Of a stretch of DNA of 64,000 nt, positions 37,898-49,580 are shown piece by piece. Source of the DNA: Eubacteriales bacterium (GTDB taxonomy: Bacteria; Bacillota; Clostridia; Oscillospirales; UBA644); assembly GCA_045603745.1 (NCBI GenBank), contig JAZUMQ010000052.1, positions 19,280-83,279 of the forward strand. Reading direction: 5' to 3'. The notes beneath the pieces are model-generated. The model searched no databases, was not told the origin of the DNA, and saw only the letters and a list, made by a program, of their open reading frames with translations. The position numbers and the translations under genes were made by a program. How positions within the stretch are numbered: the first letter of the stretch is position 1; each line of letters starts with the position of its first letter.

Positions 37898-37976
37898 GAA
37901 ACACCTTTTCTTTGTTCATCTTCAGGTCCTCCTTAAATTTTAAATCCAAATTCCGTAATCATCATCGTAACTGTCT

Positions 37977-40700
37977 TCAGACCTTGACCGTGTCAAGGTT
38001 CAAGGTGTACAAGAACGAAGCCACCGATTTTTGAAGTCCGCTTTTTACGTGGATCTTCTTCGTTGGCTTCGTTAACATCTTATTCAGCGTTTCCGCTTTC
38101 TTCCGAGCCTTTTGTTTCAACTCGGTCACTCGCACCCGTTCCATCTTTCCACGTTCGATCTCGTCCCGATTCTGCCGCCAGGCGGTCAGTTTTTCCCGCT
38201 GAACGAAATCTTTCACCACCGGCGCCGTTGTAATGAGTTGCATGGAGCGTCTCACTTGGCTTGCCAAAATGGTTTCCCGGTTCCGTTCTGTCAGAAGTGC
38301 GTCCATTTCGGAAGAAACGTAGGGTTTTCCCTTTTCTCGGTCGTGCCGCATTTTCAGAATTTTCTCGGAAAGGCTTCGCACTTTTGCCTCGTGCTTCTTC
38401 AATTCCCTTTCCTTTTTCTGATAATCTTTCAAATGCGCTGCCAGTTGGTCTCCCCCACGCTTGGAAAGATCTGCAGTTTTCAGATCTACGTTAACAAGAA
38501 TTTCACGGGTGGAGTTTAGTTTGCGTTGGTATTTTTCTTTGCTTTCGGAAAATTCTTCGCCAATTCCCGACAGAACTCCAAAGCTTCTTCTGGTGTATTG
38601 CTTTGTCTGATAAGAGGAATCATTCGTTTGGCGAGAGCTTCCCTCGACTCTTCTTCGATACTCGCTATAAGAATCAACATCGCTTCTGTTGTAGGATTGT
38701 AGTATTCCTTGTCCAAAAGACTCCTCAATACACCACAACGGTAAAGGTGCTTTCCTTCTTTCATTTTCAATCACGCTTTCCGCAACATCTGTTGCTCCTT
38801 CTTGTGGGTCAGTTGTGATTCGGATGATTTTTGTAATTTCAGGTGACTTAATAGTCCCCTTTACATACATAATAACGTCCGGACACTCAAAAGAATAAAT
38901 AACCGCTTCACCTTGTTCGGTGATTGCATACTTATTCCTGTTGTGCTTGAAGTCCGCGAATCGGGAGAGTAAAACTTCCCGTTCTTTCGCGGTAATAACT
39001 CCGTTGTAACTTGCCCATCCGAAATTATTATACTGCTTTTCGGTATATTTGTCAAGTCCTTTTTTCGCCTGCTCCCGAACCTCGGAATCCCCAAGTTTTC
39101 CATCGGCGTCCTGGTAATTCCGGGCGGCGTCGACAAGAGCGTCTTCAAACAAGGCGTGAAGCTCGGAAAGAACGTCGTCCATCTTCTGCAGATACTGTGC
39201 TTCGGGTCTACCCTTGTAATTGGCGTAGGCATTTCGGATCCGCTTCAGAACGTTGGCAAAGAAATCTTTGATCTTCGCTCCGAGCTTTTTGTCGGTCTTA
39301 TTCAGCTCTGCCAATTTTTGCGCGGCGTTACTGTCCAACAACATACGCTCGCAGGCGTCGGCAACCAACTCGCTCATGGCGTAGTCGTAGTCGGTTGTAT
39401 TCAGTTCCGCCATCTTCTCACGAACCAGTTGATCCGTAGCAACACCGTGTTCGGCATAGTTCTTCAGTAAGAAATTCGCAAACGTCTCGTATTTTGCCGG
39501 AGACCAGTCCTCGATGAAGTGCACGAGCTCGTGAGAAAGAGTGAACAGAACCGATTCTTCTCCGCTTTCGATCTTCGCAATATCCAAGTGAATACTTCCG
39601 TCTTTCGGATCATACCAACCGTTGGTTCTTGCTTCTCTCGAATCCTTGGGAGCGTATTGAGAATTGTAAAAATGCACCGTGTTCCCGATGGCAGCAATCA
39701 CGGTACCCGCAAATGCGATCTCGTCCCTCTGCTTCTCCGTCAGATCGTCCAGGTTGATCCGTTCGTCATAGAAAACTTTACCCTTGACAATTTCCGAATT
39801 TTGTGGTATACTATTGTTAACGAGTGTAGTGGATTTGACGCCGGCCTTGCTTGAATTAAGCTTGGATGTGGCAACTTTGTCAACAGCTACACCCGTTTCT
39901 TTTTCCACGCGCACATCATAGAGAATTCTTCTTCCATCTCTTGAATTTGCTATTTTCAACTCAACAGGGTAAAGAATCCCGTCATCTGCCAACAGATAGC
40001 TTTTTCGAATTTCCCATCCATATAAATCAAGCCACTGATGTTCATTTTTCTTTCTCAATTCAACATGTTCTGAATTTTCAATCAACCTAACAACAGAAAT
40101 AACGGCTTGCTTTTTTAAGGAATCCTTTACATATTTTAATTTTCCAACAACGAGATGATTATTCTTTGCCCCGTCTTTATACACCCTCTCGGTTGGCGTT
40201 GCAAACTCGACCATAATGGAATCTCCATCAAAAACGATGGGGATCTTTTTTGTCAAAATCATTCTTTCAACAAAGTTTTCAAATGATTTTTGATGTCTCT
40301 TTATTTTATTGTAGCTATTCTTATCAATATTAACAACATTCTCATAGATTTTTCCGTCCGACCCAACAATTCTTACGCCCTTTCTACGTGCAGAGCTGCT
40401 CTGCTTTTTTATCTTCGCACGTTCGATAGACTTCCGAACCCGCTCCACCTTTTCGTTGGTATCCAATTCTCGAAGCCCTTGCCCCAGTTTCAAAGCGGTC
40501 TGTTGATCAACCTCGGACAATCCGGCAAAATAACTGTCGGCGCTGATGTCTTTCCCTACCGTCTGAAAACCGTGCTTTCCGTACAGGAGAACCCCTTCCA
40601 TCATACCGTGAACGTAGTCTTCCCCCGGCATACTTCCGTGCCGCAAACCGAAATATCGGCGTTGTTTTTTTACAACAAAACAGTCGTTGCTCATACAATG
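37977..40700 (-). pseudogene. fragment of a phage-type large polyvalent protein
   Basis: SHELVH zincin motif with NGWYD..IHL and ELVAD; nuclease-like AT-rich modules; no credible start/SD; lies next to ssrA. Confidence 0.6.
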
Positions 40701-40714
40701 TATAGGGTGATGAT

Positions 40715-41194
40715 ATGAAAGAAATCTCTTATGATCGAAATGCAGCCGTAAAATATGCTCGGGCGTGGGCAATGGAACGGAACCCAAAGTATTACGATTT
40801 TGAACATATTGGCGGAGACTGCACTAATTTTGTATCGCAATGTATTTTTGCCGGGGCGAAAGTAATGAATTATACACCTACTTTTGGCTGGTATTACCAT
40901 TCCCTTTCCGACCGCGCTCCGGCGTGGAGTGGAGTAGAATATCTATACGATTTTCTCAACAAAAATCAATCTGTAGGACCGTACGCATCGATTGTATCTC
41001 AAGAAAAAGTATTTCCCGGTGACATCGTACAGCTTGGGAAAAAGAATGGACATTTTTATCATACCTTAATAATCACATCAATCTCCCCCATTATTCTTGT
41101 TTGCGCACACTCTTATGATGCGATAGACCGTCCTTTACCTTCTTATGATTACGAATCGGCTCGATTTCTTCATATTATCGGTGTAAGAGAGTAA
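40715..41194 (+). CDS. putative amidase-domain protein (Amidase_6-like)
   Basis: YDRNAAVKYA, GGDCTNFVSQ, YHT, CAHS. Confidence 0.85.
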   Translation: MKEISYDRNAAVKYARAWAMERNPKYYDFEHIGGDCTNFVSQCIFAGAKVMNYTPTFGWYYHSLSDRAPAWSGVEYLYDFLNKNQSVGPYASIVSQEKVFPGDIVQLGKKNGHFYHTLIITSISPIILVCAHSYDAIDRPLPSYDYESARFLHIIGVRE

Positions 41195-41480
41195 TTTACT
41201 TACTATTTACATAACAAATAAATATACCATATTGGTGTATTTCATTTAATTGAAAATATCAAATATGAATGTAAAATTTAGAAAAAATAATAAAATTAAA
41301 AATTCGAGATTTTATTGTGTTTTCAGCAATAATTCGACACTTGAATTAATTTTTTATACCATATTGGTATATTATAAAAATGCAAAAAATCTTTAGCTTA
41401 CCACACATTTCAACTTGAACTTGACAAGGATTTCTTTTTGTGATAAAATAACTTAAAACAGTTCACAAGGAGTATCTAAC

Positions 41481-42188
41481 ATGATCATACGTTGTGTTTG
41501 GGAACATAATGGAAATGACACTTTATTATACGCCATTGATTATCCGGGTGCGTACACCCGGGGGAAGAATAAAGAAGAAGCCGTTCTAAAGATGCAAAAA
41601 GAAATTTGCTCATTTTTAAACTGGTGTGACACCCCAATCTCAGAAAGCATCTCCGTTGTAATTGAACAAGAAAAAGCATCTAAATTAGAGATTTCCGATG
41701 CAGATTCCGATGTAATTTTTGATACCGAAAGAACACCTCTGACAATGGAGGAATATCTGGAATTAAAATCCTTAGCATTAAAATCTGCAATTTGCTTTCA
41801 AAAACTTTTTGATTCAATTCCGGACAAAGACAAGACCGATCTCCAGACACGAAATACATTCTACGGAGAAATCCCCAGAACCGCGAAAGAAATGTATGAA
41901 CATACAAAGAACGTAAACTCTTATTATTTCGGCGAAATCGGACTAAATACAGACAATAATGGGTCGATTTACGAGTGCAGAAAAAGAGGCTTTGATCGCT
42001 TGGAAAGAAATTCGGACTTTTTAAATTTACCGATCTTTGATGGAAATTACGGCGAAGAATGGTCTTTAAATAAGGTTTTGCGCCGCTTTGTTTGGCACGA
42101 TCGTATTCACGCAAAAGCTATGTATCGAATGGCGATCCGAATCTTTGGGAAAGATTCTGTTCCAAACGTATTTCATTTTGAATTATAA
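41481..42188 (+). CDS. hypothetical protein (HicB-like N-terminus, DinB-like C-terminus)
   Basis: YPGAYTRGKNKEEA; WSLNKVLRRFVWHDRIH. Confidence 0.65.
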   Translation: MIIRCVWEHNGNDTLLYAIDYPGAYTRGKNKEEAVLKMQKEICSFLNWCDTPISESISVVIEQEKASKLEISDADSDVIFDTERTPLTMEEYLELKSLALKSAICFQKLFDSIPDKDKTDLQTRNTFYGEIPRTAKEMYEHTKNVNSYYFGEIGLNTDNNGSIYECRKRGFDRLERNSDFLNLPIFDGNYGEEWSLNKVLRRFVWHDRIHAKAMYRMAIRIFGKDSVPNVFHFEL

Positions 42189-42233
42189 GAAAAATACGCC
42201 GATATTTTCCGGGGGATTTTTTTATTTTAAGGA

Positions 42234-44177
42234 TTATTCCAACTCAAAAGCACCAGTGTAAAGCTGATAATACGTCCCTTTCTCAGCAAGGAGTTTTTCG
42301 TGATCACCTCGCTCGATGATGCGTCCGTGATCAAGAACCATAATAACATCGGAGTTCATGATAGTGGAAAGACGGTGCGCAATTACAAACACCGTACGTC
42401 CTTCCATCAATTTATCCATACCGCGTTGAACAATAGCTTCCGTGCGGGTGTCAATGGAAGACGTTGCTTCATCAAGGATCATGACTGGGGGATCTGCAAC
42501 AGCGGCACGGGCAATAGAGATTAACTGCCGTTGTCCTTGAGAAAGGTTCGCTCCGTTACCGGAGAGCATGGTATCGTATCCGTCGGGCAAACGGGTGATA
42601 AAATCGTCAGCGCCCGCCAATTTAGCGGCGGCAATACATTGTTCATCGGTAGCCTCCAAATTTCCGTAACGAATATTTTCCATCACTGTTCCGGTAAACA
42701 AATTCGTTTCCTGAAGCACGATCCCGAGAGAACGACGCAGATCGGATTTCTTAATTTTATTGATATTAATTCCGTCGTAACGAATCTTTCCGTCGGCAAT
42801 ATCATAAAAGCGATTGATCAAGTTTGTAATGGTCGTTTTTCCGGCACCGGTGGCACCGACAAAGGCAACCTTTTGCCCCGGTTCCGCATAAACGGAAACG
42901 TCGTGAAGAACAGTCTTTCCTTCTTCATACCCAAAATCCACCTCAGTCATACGGACGTCCCCTTGCAGTAAGGTATAAGTGAGAGTTCCATCGGTATGTG
43001 GGTGTTTCCATGCCCAATGTCCGGTATGCGTTTTAGATTCAGTAATCGAACCGTCTTCCGCAACATTTGCGTTAACCAAAGTAACGTATCCATCATCAGA
43101 TTCCGGCTGTTGATCCATTAATTTGAAGATTCGTTCTGCACCGGCAAGCGCCATGGCAATTTGGTTAAACTGTTGGGAAACCTGATTCATATTTCCGGTA
43201 AATTGTTTCGTCATATTCAAAAACGGAACAACAATGTCTATGGAAAAAGCAAGTCCGGAAATAGCAAAATTCGGAGTATCCAGCAACAGGAACAAACCAC
43301 CAACGATTGCCACGAGAACATAAAGGATATTTCCGATATTACCAATAATCGGCCCCATCATATTTGCATAGGCATGAGCGCGGAACGCAACATCAAAAAG
43401 ACCTTCGTTGAGTTGATCAAACCCCTCTTTGGTTTTTTCTTCGCGACAAAAGACTTTTATGACTTTTTGCCCGTTCATCATTTCTTGAATATATCCTTCA
43501 GTCTTACCAAAGGCCTTTTGTTGACGAATAAAGTATTTTGCCGAGCCGCCGCCAACGACCTTTGTCACAAAGAACATCGCAACGACTCCAAGCAAAACAA
43601 CCAAGGTCATCCAAACGCTATACCAAAGCATAATGATCAACACCGACGTGACGACGATCAACGCCTGTAAAATGCTCGGCAGCGATTGAGAAACCAACTG
43701 ACGTAACGTGTCAATATCATTCGTGTAATAACTCATAATATCGCCGTGCTTGTTGGTATCAAAAAATTTAATGGGAAGATTTTGCATTCCATCAAACATT
43801 TTGCGACGGAGTTTGCTTAAAAATCCTTGAGTAATATACGCCATCAACTGAGTCTGAACCGTAATCAAAACGATGGAACAAACGTAAAGTCCGGCAAGAA
43901 TCAAGACAAGAGGAATGATTTCTCCCATTGCAGATTGCCAATCGGTTGAACCCGCCTCAAGATGAGATACGATAACCTTCAAAACCCGTTGTTGAAAGAT
44001 TGACGGAATGGACGCTACCGCAGAGGCAAAAACAATACAAACCAAGACGATCGGAAGCAATGCAGGATAAGAAGAAAACAGTAATTTTATAACCCGACCG
44101 AAGATTTTGAAATCGATCTTACGTCCGCCAGGGCCGGGCTGTCTTCCGGGACCTTTTACAGGCATCGGCTTACTCAT
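42234..44177 (-). CDS. ABC exporter, fused permease/ATPase
   Basis: GATGAGKT, LSQGQRQ, ILDEAT. Confidence 0.95.
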   Translation of the reverse strand: MSKPMPVKGPGRQPGPGGRKIDFKIFGRVIKLLFSSYPALLPIVLVCIVFASAVASIPSIFQQRVLKVIVSHLEAGSTDWQSAMGEIIPLVLILAGLYVCSIVLITVQTQLMAYITQGFLSKLRRKMFDGMQNLPIKFFDTNKHGDIMSYYTNDIDTLRQLVSQSLPSILQALIVVTSVLIIMLWYSVWMTLVVLLGVVAMFFVTKVVGGGSAKYFIRQQKAFGKTEGYIQEMMNGQKVIKVFCREEKTKEGFDQLNEGLFDVAFRAHAYANMMGPIIGNIGNILYVLVAIVGGLFLLLDTPNFAISGLAFSIDIVVPFLNMTKQFTGNMNQVSQQFNQIAMALAGAERIFKLMDQQPESDDGYVTLVNANVAEDGSITESKTHTGHWAWKHPHTDGTLTYTLLQGDVRMTEVDFGYEEGKTVLHDVSVYAEPGQKVAFVGATGAGKTTITNLINRFYDIADGKIRYDGININKIKKSDLRRSLGIVLQETNLFTGTVMENIRYGNLEATDEQCIAAAKLAGADDFITRLPDGYDTMLSGNGANLSQGQRQLISIARAAVADPPVMILDEATSSIDTRTEAIVQRGMDKLMEGRTVFVIAHRLSTIMNSDVIMVLDHGRIIERGDHEKLLAEKGTYYQLYTGAFELE

Positions 44178-45918
44178 GATCCGCACCCCCATTCGTTTGT
44201 TGTTCATACACTTCACGGTAGATTTCACTGGTTTTCAGCAATTCTTCATGGGTTCCAACGGATTCCACAGAGCCGTTTTCCAAAACGATAATCATGTCTG
44301 CATCTTGAACGGAAGCAACCCGTTGTGCAATAATAATCTTTGTTGTTTCGGGGATAAACTTCTTGAATCCCGCACGAATCAAAGCGTCGGTCTTGGTATC
44401 CACGGCACTGGTAGAATCGTCTAAAATCAGGATTTTCGGTTTCTTCAACAGGGCTCGGGCAATACAAAGACGCTGCTTCTGACCACCGGACACATTCGTT
44501 CCGCCCTGTTCGATGTATGTGTCATAGCCATCGGGGAAAGATTGAATAAATTCGTCCGCTTGCGCAAGAACACATGCTTGCCGAATTTCTTCGTCGGTAG
44601 CATTTTCGTTCCCCCATCGGAGATTTTCTTTGATCGTTCCGGAGAACAAAAGATTTTTCTGCAATACCATCGCAACGGAAGAACGCAAAACTTCAACATC
44701 ATAATCCCGAACATCAACTCCGGCAACTCGAACGGAACCTTCCGTCACATCGTAAAGGCGCGGAATCAACTGAACAAAGGAAGATTTACCGGAACCAGTG
44801 CCACCGATAATTCCAACAGTCATTCCCGATTTGATGTGAATATCCACGTCGGAAAGTGAATATCGCTTTGCCTTTGCAGAATACTTGAAGTTTACGTTGT
44901 TAAAATCAATCGAACCATTGGCAACTTCCGTAATGGGATTATCCGGGTTAGAAAGAGTAGATTTTTCGTCAAGGACCTCAAGAATGCGTTTCATAGATTC
45001 TCCGGACATGGTCAAAGTAACGTAGATCATGGAGATCATCATCAACTGCATCAGAATTTGCATACCGTAGGTCAACATTGCGGTAATATCGCCGACACCG
45101 ACCACACTTCCGCCACTTCGCACGATGAGATAAGCCCCCACAGTAAGAACGAAAATCATGTTGAAATAGACACAAAACTGCATTAAGGGAGAGTTTAATG
45201 CAACAAGGCGTTCGGCACGGGTAAAGTCTTTGCGAATATCTTCTGCGGCAAAGCCAAATTTTTCCTTTTCATATTCCTCCCTGGAAAAGCCCTTCACCAC
45301 ACGCATGGCACGGACATTTTCTTCGATGGATTCATTGAGTCGATCGTACTTTTTAAACACCCGACGAAATGCCGGCATTGCGTAGCGTGCAACCAGTAAA
45401 AGTCCGGTAACCAAGAAGGGTATGACGACGACAAACGACAGTGCCAACGATCCGCCCATGATAAATGCCATAATCACAGAGAAGATCAGCAGCAAAGGAG
45501 CACGAACCGCGATACGAATCAACATCATGTAAGACATCCGCACGTTCATTACGTCGGTAGTCATGCGGGTAACAAGAGAAGACGACGAAAACTTATCAAT
45601 ATTTTCAAAAGAAAAATCCTGAATACGATGGAACAGATCTCTTCGCAGATTTTTTGCAAAACCGGCGGAAGCCTTGGCACAGGTAAAGCCGGCAGTGGCC
45701 CCGCAGATCAGAGACAAAACAGCCAAGGCAACTAAAATCAACCCAGTCTTTAAAATGGACGGAAGGTCTGCACCTTTTTGAATCGTGTCAATCAAATTGC
45801 TGGTAATAAAAGGAATAAGACATTCGATAATGGATTCTCCAATGATAAACACCAAAGTAAGAATCGTTGCGGTCTTATATTCCCGTACACATTGCAAAAA
45901 TCGTTTGAGCATTTGCAT
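44170..45918 (-). CDS. ABC exporter, fused permease/ATPase (heterodimer partner)
   Basis: GGTGSGKS, VSGGQKQ, degenerate ILDDST. Confidence 0.95.
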   Translation of the reverse strand: MQMLKRFLQCVREYKTATILTLVFIIGESIIECLIPFITSNLIDTIQKGADLPSILKTGLILVALAVLSLICGATAGFTCAKASAGFAKNLRRDLFHRIQDFSFENIDKFSSSSLVTRMTTDVMNVRMSYMMLIRIAVRAPLLLIFSVIMAFIMGGSLALSFVVVIPFLVTGLLLVARYAMPAFRRVFKKYDRLNESIEENVRAMRVVKGFSREEYEKEKFGFAAEDIRKDFTRAERLVALNSPLMQFCVYFNMIFVLTVGAYLIVRSGGSVVGVGDITAMLTYGMQILMQLMMISMIYVTLTMSGESMKRILEVLDEKSTLSNPDNPITEVANGSIDFNNVNFKYSAKAKRYSLSDVDIHIKSGMTVGIIGGTGSGKSSFVQLIPRLYDVTEGSVRVAGVDVRDYDVEVLRSSVAMVLQKNLLFSGTIKENLRWGNENATDEEIRQACVLAQADEFIQSFPDGYDTYIEQGGTNVSGGQKQRLCIARALLKKPKILILDDSTSAVDTKTDALIRAGFKKFIPETTKIIIAQRVASVQDADMIIVLENGSVESVGTHEELLKTSEIYREVYEQQTNGGADHE

Positions 45919-45977
45919 TTTATTAATCCTTTCAAATAAGAAGCACCGCCCGGCGATGCGAGGAAAACGTAAAGAAC

Positions 45978-46937
45978 TTACCGAATGAGATCCGCATCGT
46001 CGTCATTGGTTTCTCTCAAGATATAATGAGGACGGCGTTTCACTTCCAAATAAGTTTTGGACAAGTATTGTCCGATAATGCCGAGACAAGCCAACTGCAG
46101 TCCACTGACGAAGGCAATAATACAAACGAGTGATGCCCAACCGTCGACACTGGAGCCGCCGAAGCAGAGTTTACGAACCACAATAAAAATGATTGCCAAG
46201 GCAGACAAAATCGTAAATAAACCGCCAATAAAAGCAGAAATGGTCAAAGGTGCTTGAGAGAAATTTACAAACCCGTCAATAGAATAGCGGAAAAGTTTCC
46301 AAAAATTCCATTTCGTCTCCCCTGCGACCCGTTCCACATTTTCATAGGGCAACCAATAGGTTTTAAAACCGACCCAACCAAAAATACCTTTGGAAAACCG
46401 GTTACGCTCGCTCATAGCAACAATGGCGTCCACCATTTCCCGACGCATCAACCGATAATCCCGGGCACCGTCAACGATGTCAGCATCGGAGATTCGATTG
46501 ATAATTTTATAAAACGAGCGAGCAAAAAAAGAACGAATTTTAGGCTCGCCGACACGCGTAACCCGACGAGTGGCGATACTATCGTATTCTCCGGATTCTA
46601 ACGTATCAAACATTTTCGGCAACAAAGAAGGGGGGTCTTGAAGATCCGCGTCCATAACTGCAACATAATCTCCCTTGGCATTGCAGAATCCGGCATACAT
46701 TGCTGCTTCTTTTCCAAAATTACGAGAAAACGCAAGATACTTGATGCGCTTATCAATTTTTGCAAATTTACGAAGCAGCGAAAGGGTATTATCTTTTGAA
46801 CCGTCATCTACAAAAATGATTTCAAACTCCGCTTTTTCTTCCATTTGTTTTGCAACGCGGAATACTTCCGGAAGAAAGTGCGGCAACGCCTTTTCTTCGT
46901 TATAGCAAGGTATGATTAATGAGATCAAACGTTTCAA
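45978..46937 (-). CDS. GT2 polyprenyl-phosphate glycosyltransferase
   Basis: IIPCYNE, VDDGS, SRNFGKE, DADLQDPP; two C-terminal TMs; TTG start after GGAGGT. Confidence 0.9.
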   Translation of the reverse strand: MKRLISLIIPCYNEEKALPHFLPEVFRVAKQMEEKAEFEIIFVDDGSKDNTLSLLRKFAKIDKRIKYLAFSRNFGKEAAMYAGFCNAKGDYVAVMDADLQDPPSLLPKMFDTLESGEYDSIATRRVTRVGEPKIRSFFARSFYKIINRISDADIVDGARDYRLMRREMVDAIVAMSERNRFSKGIFGWVGFKTYWLPYENVERVAGETKWNFWKLFRYSIDGFVNFSQAPLTISAFIGGLFTILSALAIIFIVVRKLCFGGSSVDGWASLVCIIAFVSGLQLACLGIIGQYLSKTYLEVKRRPHYILRETNDDDADLIR

Positions 46938-47378
46938 TGAGACACCTCCAAACTGTATTTTTGCATAATCTTTATTATAACACGAGTTTTGGATTCTTGC
47001 AAGTAAAAAAAGCAGATTGATTACAATTTTTCCCAATATTGACACATTTTTTTCAAAATTCTGAAAATTTTACACTTGCAATTACAAAATGTAAGGGGCA
47101 CGACAACTAATTTTTCCGGAGTGCGAGCTTTATCAAATCGAAGCACACAAAACTACGATAGTAAATAATTATGAAAAAAATCGTACAAAAAGCAGAAATG
47201 TATTGCCAAAAGACCGAAGATGTGGTAAAATATCTGTATGAAATTGCACGTTTGCCTTATTATATGGAAGAAAACTTCCTCTGTAAGGTCCTTTGGTTGC
47301 CCATCGTAGCAGTACAGGGGCTACTGCGATAGGCTTTCAAAGAAGTGCTTTCAAAAAATTTTAAAGGAGAAAATCGAA

Positions 47379-49580
47379 ATGACCAAGAAAATCATTAGTC
47401 TCGTTCTGGTTGTTCTGATGGCGGCTGCCCTGTTTGTAGGTTGTGCCCCCACGGAAAATCCTGACGACGTAGTCAAGAACGAAAACAAAGTCATCGTCGG
47501 TAGCACTACCGATCTTTCCGGCGACTTCCGTTTCCCCGGCTGGGGCGGTTCTTCTGCCGGCGCTGCCGATCAGGACGTAAACAAACTCACCGTTGGTTAC
47601 TCCACCATGGAAACCAATCAGGGTGGTGCTTACGTCTGGAACAACACCGCTGTTAAATCTCACACTGAAGTTGAAGATGCTGACGGTAACCTCGTTATCA
47701 CCATCGAACTCAACGAAGGTCTGAAGTTCAGCGACGGTTCCGACATCAAAGCTGTCAACTACCTCGCTTACATCCTCGCATTCTCCTCCCCTGTTGTTCA
47801 GAGTGCGGAACATCCCGGTAAAGCCGGCCAGGCTATGGTTGGCTACGAAAGCTTTAACGCATATGTCGGCGATGTCGACTATGACAAAGTTAAGGCTGAC
47901 GCTAAAGCTGCCGCTCAGGCTGCTGCCACCGACGAAAAGCCCTTTGATGAAGCTGCTTGGGAAGCTGCTTACGTTGCTCCCACCAAGGAATTCTCCGGCG
48001 TTCGTCTGCTCGGCGACTACAAATTCTCTCTGACCATCAGTGCTGCGAAGGGTTACTACCCCTACTACTTCGCTAACACCTACGGTGCCGTTTCTCCCTA
48101 CCACATGGGCTTCATCTTCGGTGAAGGCGTGGAAATCAAGGACGACGGTAACGGTGCTTATCTGACCGGTAACTGGTATGAAAAATCCGGCGATGCTTTC
48201 GCTAAGGGCGAACACGTGAAGGAAGCTCGTTACGACGTTTCCAAGTATCCCTTCTCCGGTGCTTACGTTGTTAAGGAATGGGATAAGGGTACCAAACAGT
48301 GCACCTTGGAAATCAACCCCAATTTCACTGGTAACTTTGAAGGTCAGAAGCCTTCCATTAAGACCATCGTTTACACCAAGATCGTTCAGGAAACTCAGCT
48401 CGACCAGTTCAAGACCGGTCAGGTTGATATTCTCTCCGGTATCACCGGCGGCGCTGACACCAAGGCTGCTCTCGCTGAAGTTGACGCCAGCAACGGCAAG
48501 TTCGCTGAAGTTCACTATCAGAGAGCCGGTTACGGTAAACTCCAGTTTGAATGCGACTTTGGTCCCACCATGTTTGAATCTGTCCGTCAGGCTGTTGCTT
48601 ACGTTCTGAACACTGCTGAATTCGCTTCCGCATTCACCGGCGGTTACGGTACCGTTATTTACGGACCTTACTCCCCCGACTTTGACATGTGGACTGCCGT
48701 TAAGGATGACATCAACCTGGTTGACTACTCCTTCTCCGTTGAAAATGCGAAAAAAGCTCTGGTCGACGGCGGCTGGATCTACAACTCCAAGGGTGAAGCC
48801 TTCGTTGAAGGTCAGACCGGTGTTGACGCTGTCCGTTATAAGAAGCTGACTGCTGAAGAAGCTGCTGCTCTCAACGGCGTTAACAAGACCTACGCTTCCG
48901 TTGAAAACACCGACGGCGTGGAATATAAGACCGTTGAAGTTAACGGCGAATACTACATGCCTCTCGTTATCAACTGGTTCGGTACCACCAACAACGACGT
49001 TACCGATATGTTGGCTGCTCGTCTTGTCGGCACCGACAACGTGAAGTCTCTCGGTATGGTCGTTCGCTCCACTGTCGGCGACTTCGACAAACTGCTCGGT
49101 GAAATCTACCGTGAACCTTCCTACGGTTACGGCGGAACTCCCACCTACGGCATGTTCAACCTCGCTACCGGTTGGAACAGCGCGATCTATGACTATTCTT
49201 GGAACTGGTCCTTGGATCCCGCTTATTTCGATTACTCCGTAAACAAACTTTATGACGCGTATGACGTTGCATTCCCCTACTACGATGCTGAAGGCAACCA
49301 CACCAAGATGAGCTATGCTGACGCTGTCACCGCTTCCGGCGGCAAGATCGGTATGGACTACCTGTCTATGGCAATGGTTTACGATGCTACTACCGTTGAA
49401 GAATACAATCAGTGGTGGAAAGCTTACATCGAAAGATGGAATCAGCTCATGCCCGACATTCCCCTGTACTCCAACTACTACTATGACGTCTACAATGCGA
49501 AGATCGAAAACTTCAAGACCAGCCCCTTCTGGAGCCCCGTAGACGCTCTGCTTTACTGCACCATTAAGAACGCTGCGTAA
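47379..49580 (+). CDS. peptide ABC transporter substrate-binding lipoprotein (OppA-like)
   Basis: Lipobox FVGC, GLKFSDG, VRQAVAY; strong high-expression codon bias. Confidence 0.9.
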   Translation: MTKKIISLVLVVLMAAALFVGCAPTENPDDVVKNENKVIVGSTTDLSGDFRFPGWGGSSAGAADQDVNKLTVGYSTMETNQGGAYVWNNTAVKSHTEVEDADGNLVITIELNEGLKFSDGSDIKAVNYLAYILAFSSPVVQSAEHPGKAGQAMVGYESFNAYVGDVDYDKVKADAKAAAQAAATDEKPFDEAAWEAAYVAPTKEFSGVRLLGDYKFSLTISAAKGYYPYYFANTYGAVSPYHMGFIFGEGVEIKDDGNGAYLTGNWYEKSGDAFAKGEHVKEARYDVSKYPFSGAYVVKEWDKGTKQCTLEINPNFTGNFEGQKPSIKTIVYTKIVQETQLDQFKTGQVDILSGITGGADTKAALAEVDASNGKFAEVHYQRAGYGKLQFECDFGPTMFESVRQAVAYVLNTAEFASAFTGGYGTVIYGPYSPDFDMWTAVKDDINLVDYSFSVENAKKALVDGGWIYNSKGEAFVEGQTGVDAVRYKKLTAEEAAALNGVNKTYASVENTDGVEYKTVEVNGEYYMPLVINWFGTTNNDVTDMLAARLVGTDNVKSLGMVVRSTVGDFDKLLGEIYREPSYGYGGTPTYGMFNLATGWNSAIYDYSWNWSLDPAYFDYSVNKLYDAYDVAFPYYDAEGNHTKMSYADAVTASGGKIGMDYLSMAMVYDATTVEEYNQWWKAYIERWNQLMPDIPLYSNYYYDVYNAKIENFKTSPFWSPVDALLYCTIKNAA

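Noticed and set aside
37904..37920. AACAAAGAAAAGG on the minus strand resembling the end of the 29-bp site
   Set aside because: Lacks the TCAA and CCGCAGTA parts; probably chance in purine-rich sequence.
40701..40787. ORF-track start of the 936-aa protein at 40787
   Set aside because: Overlaps the opposite-strand amidase gene and lacks an SD; treated as read-through of a 5'-truncated fragment.
47361..49301. 646-aa antisense ORF over oppA
   Set aside because: Shadow of the strong codon bias of the highly expressed sense gene; no motifs.
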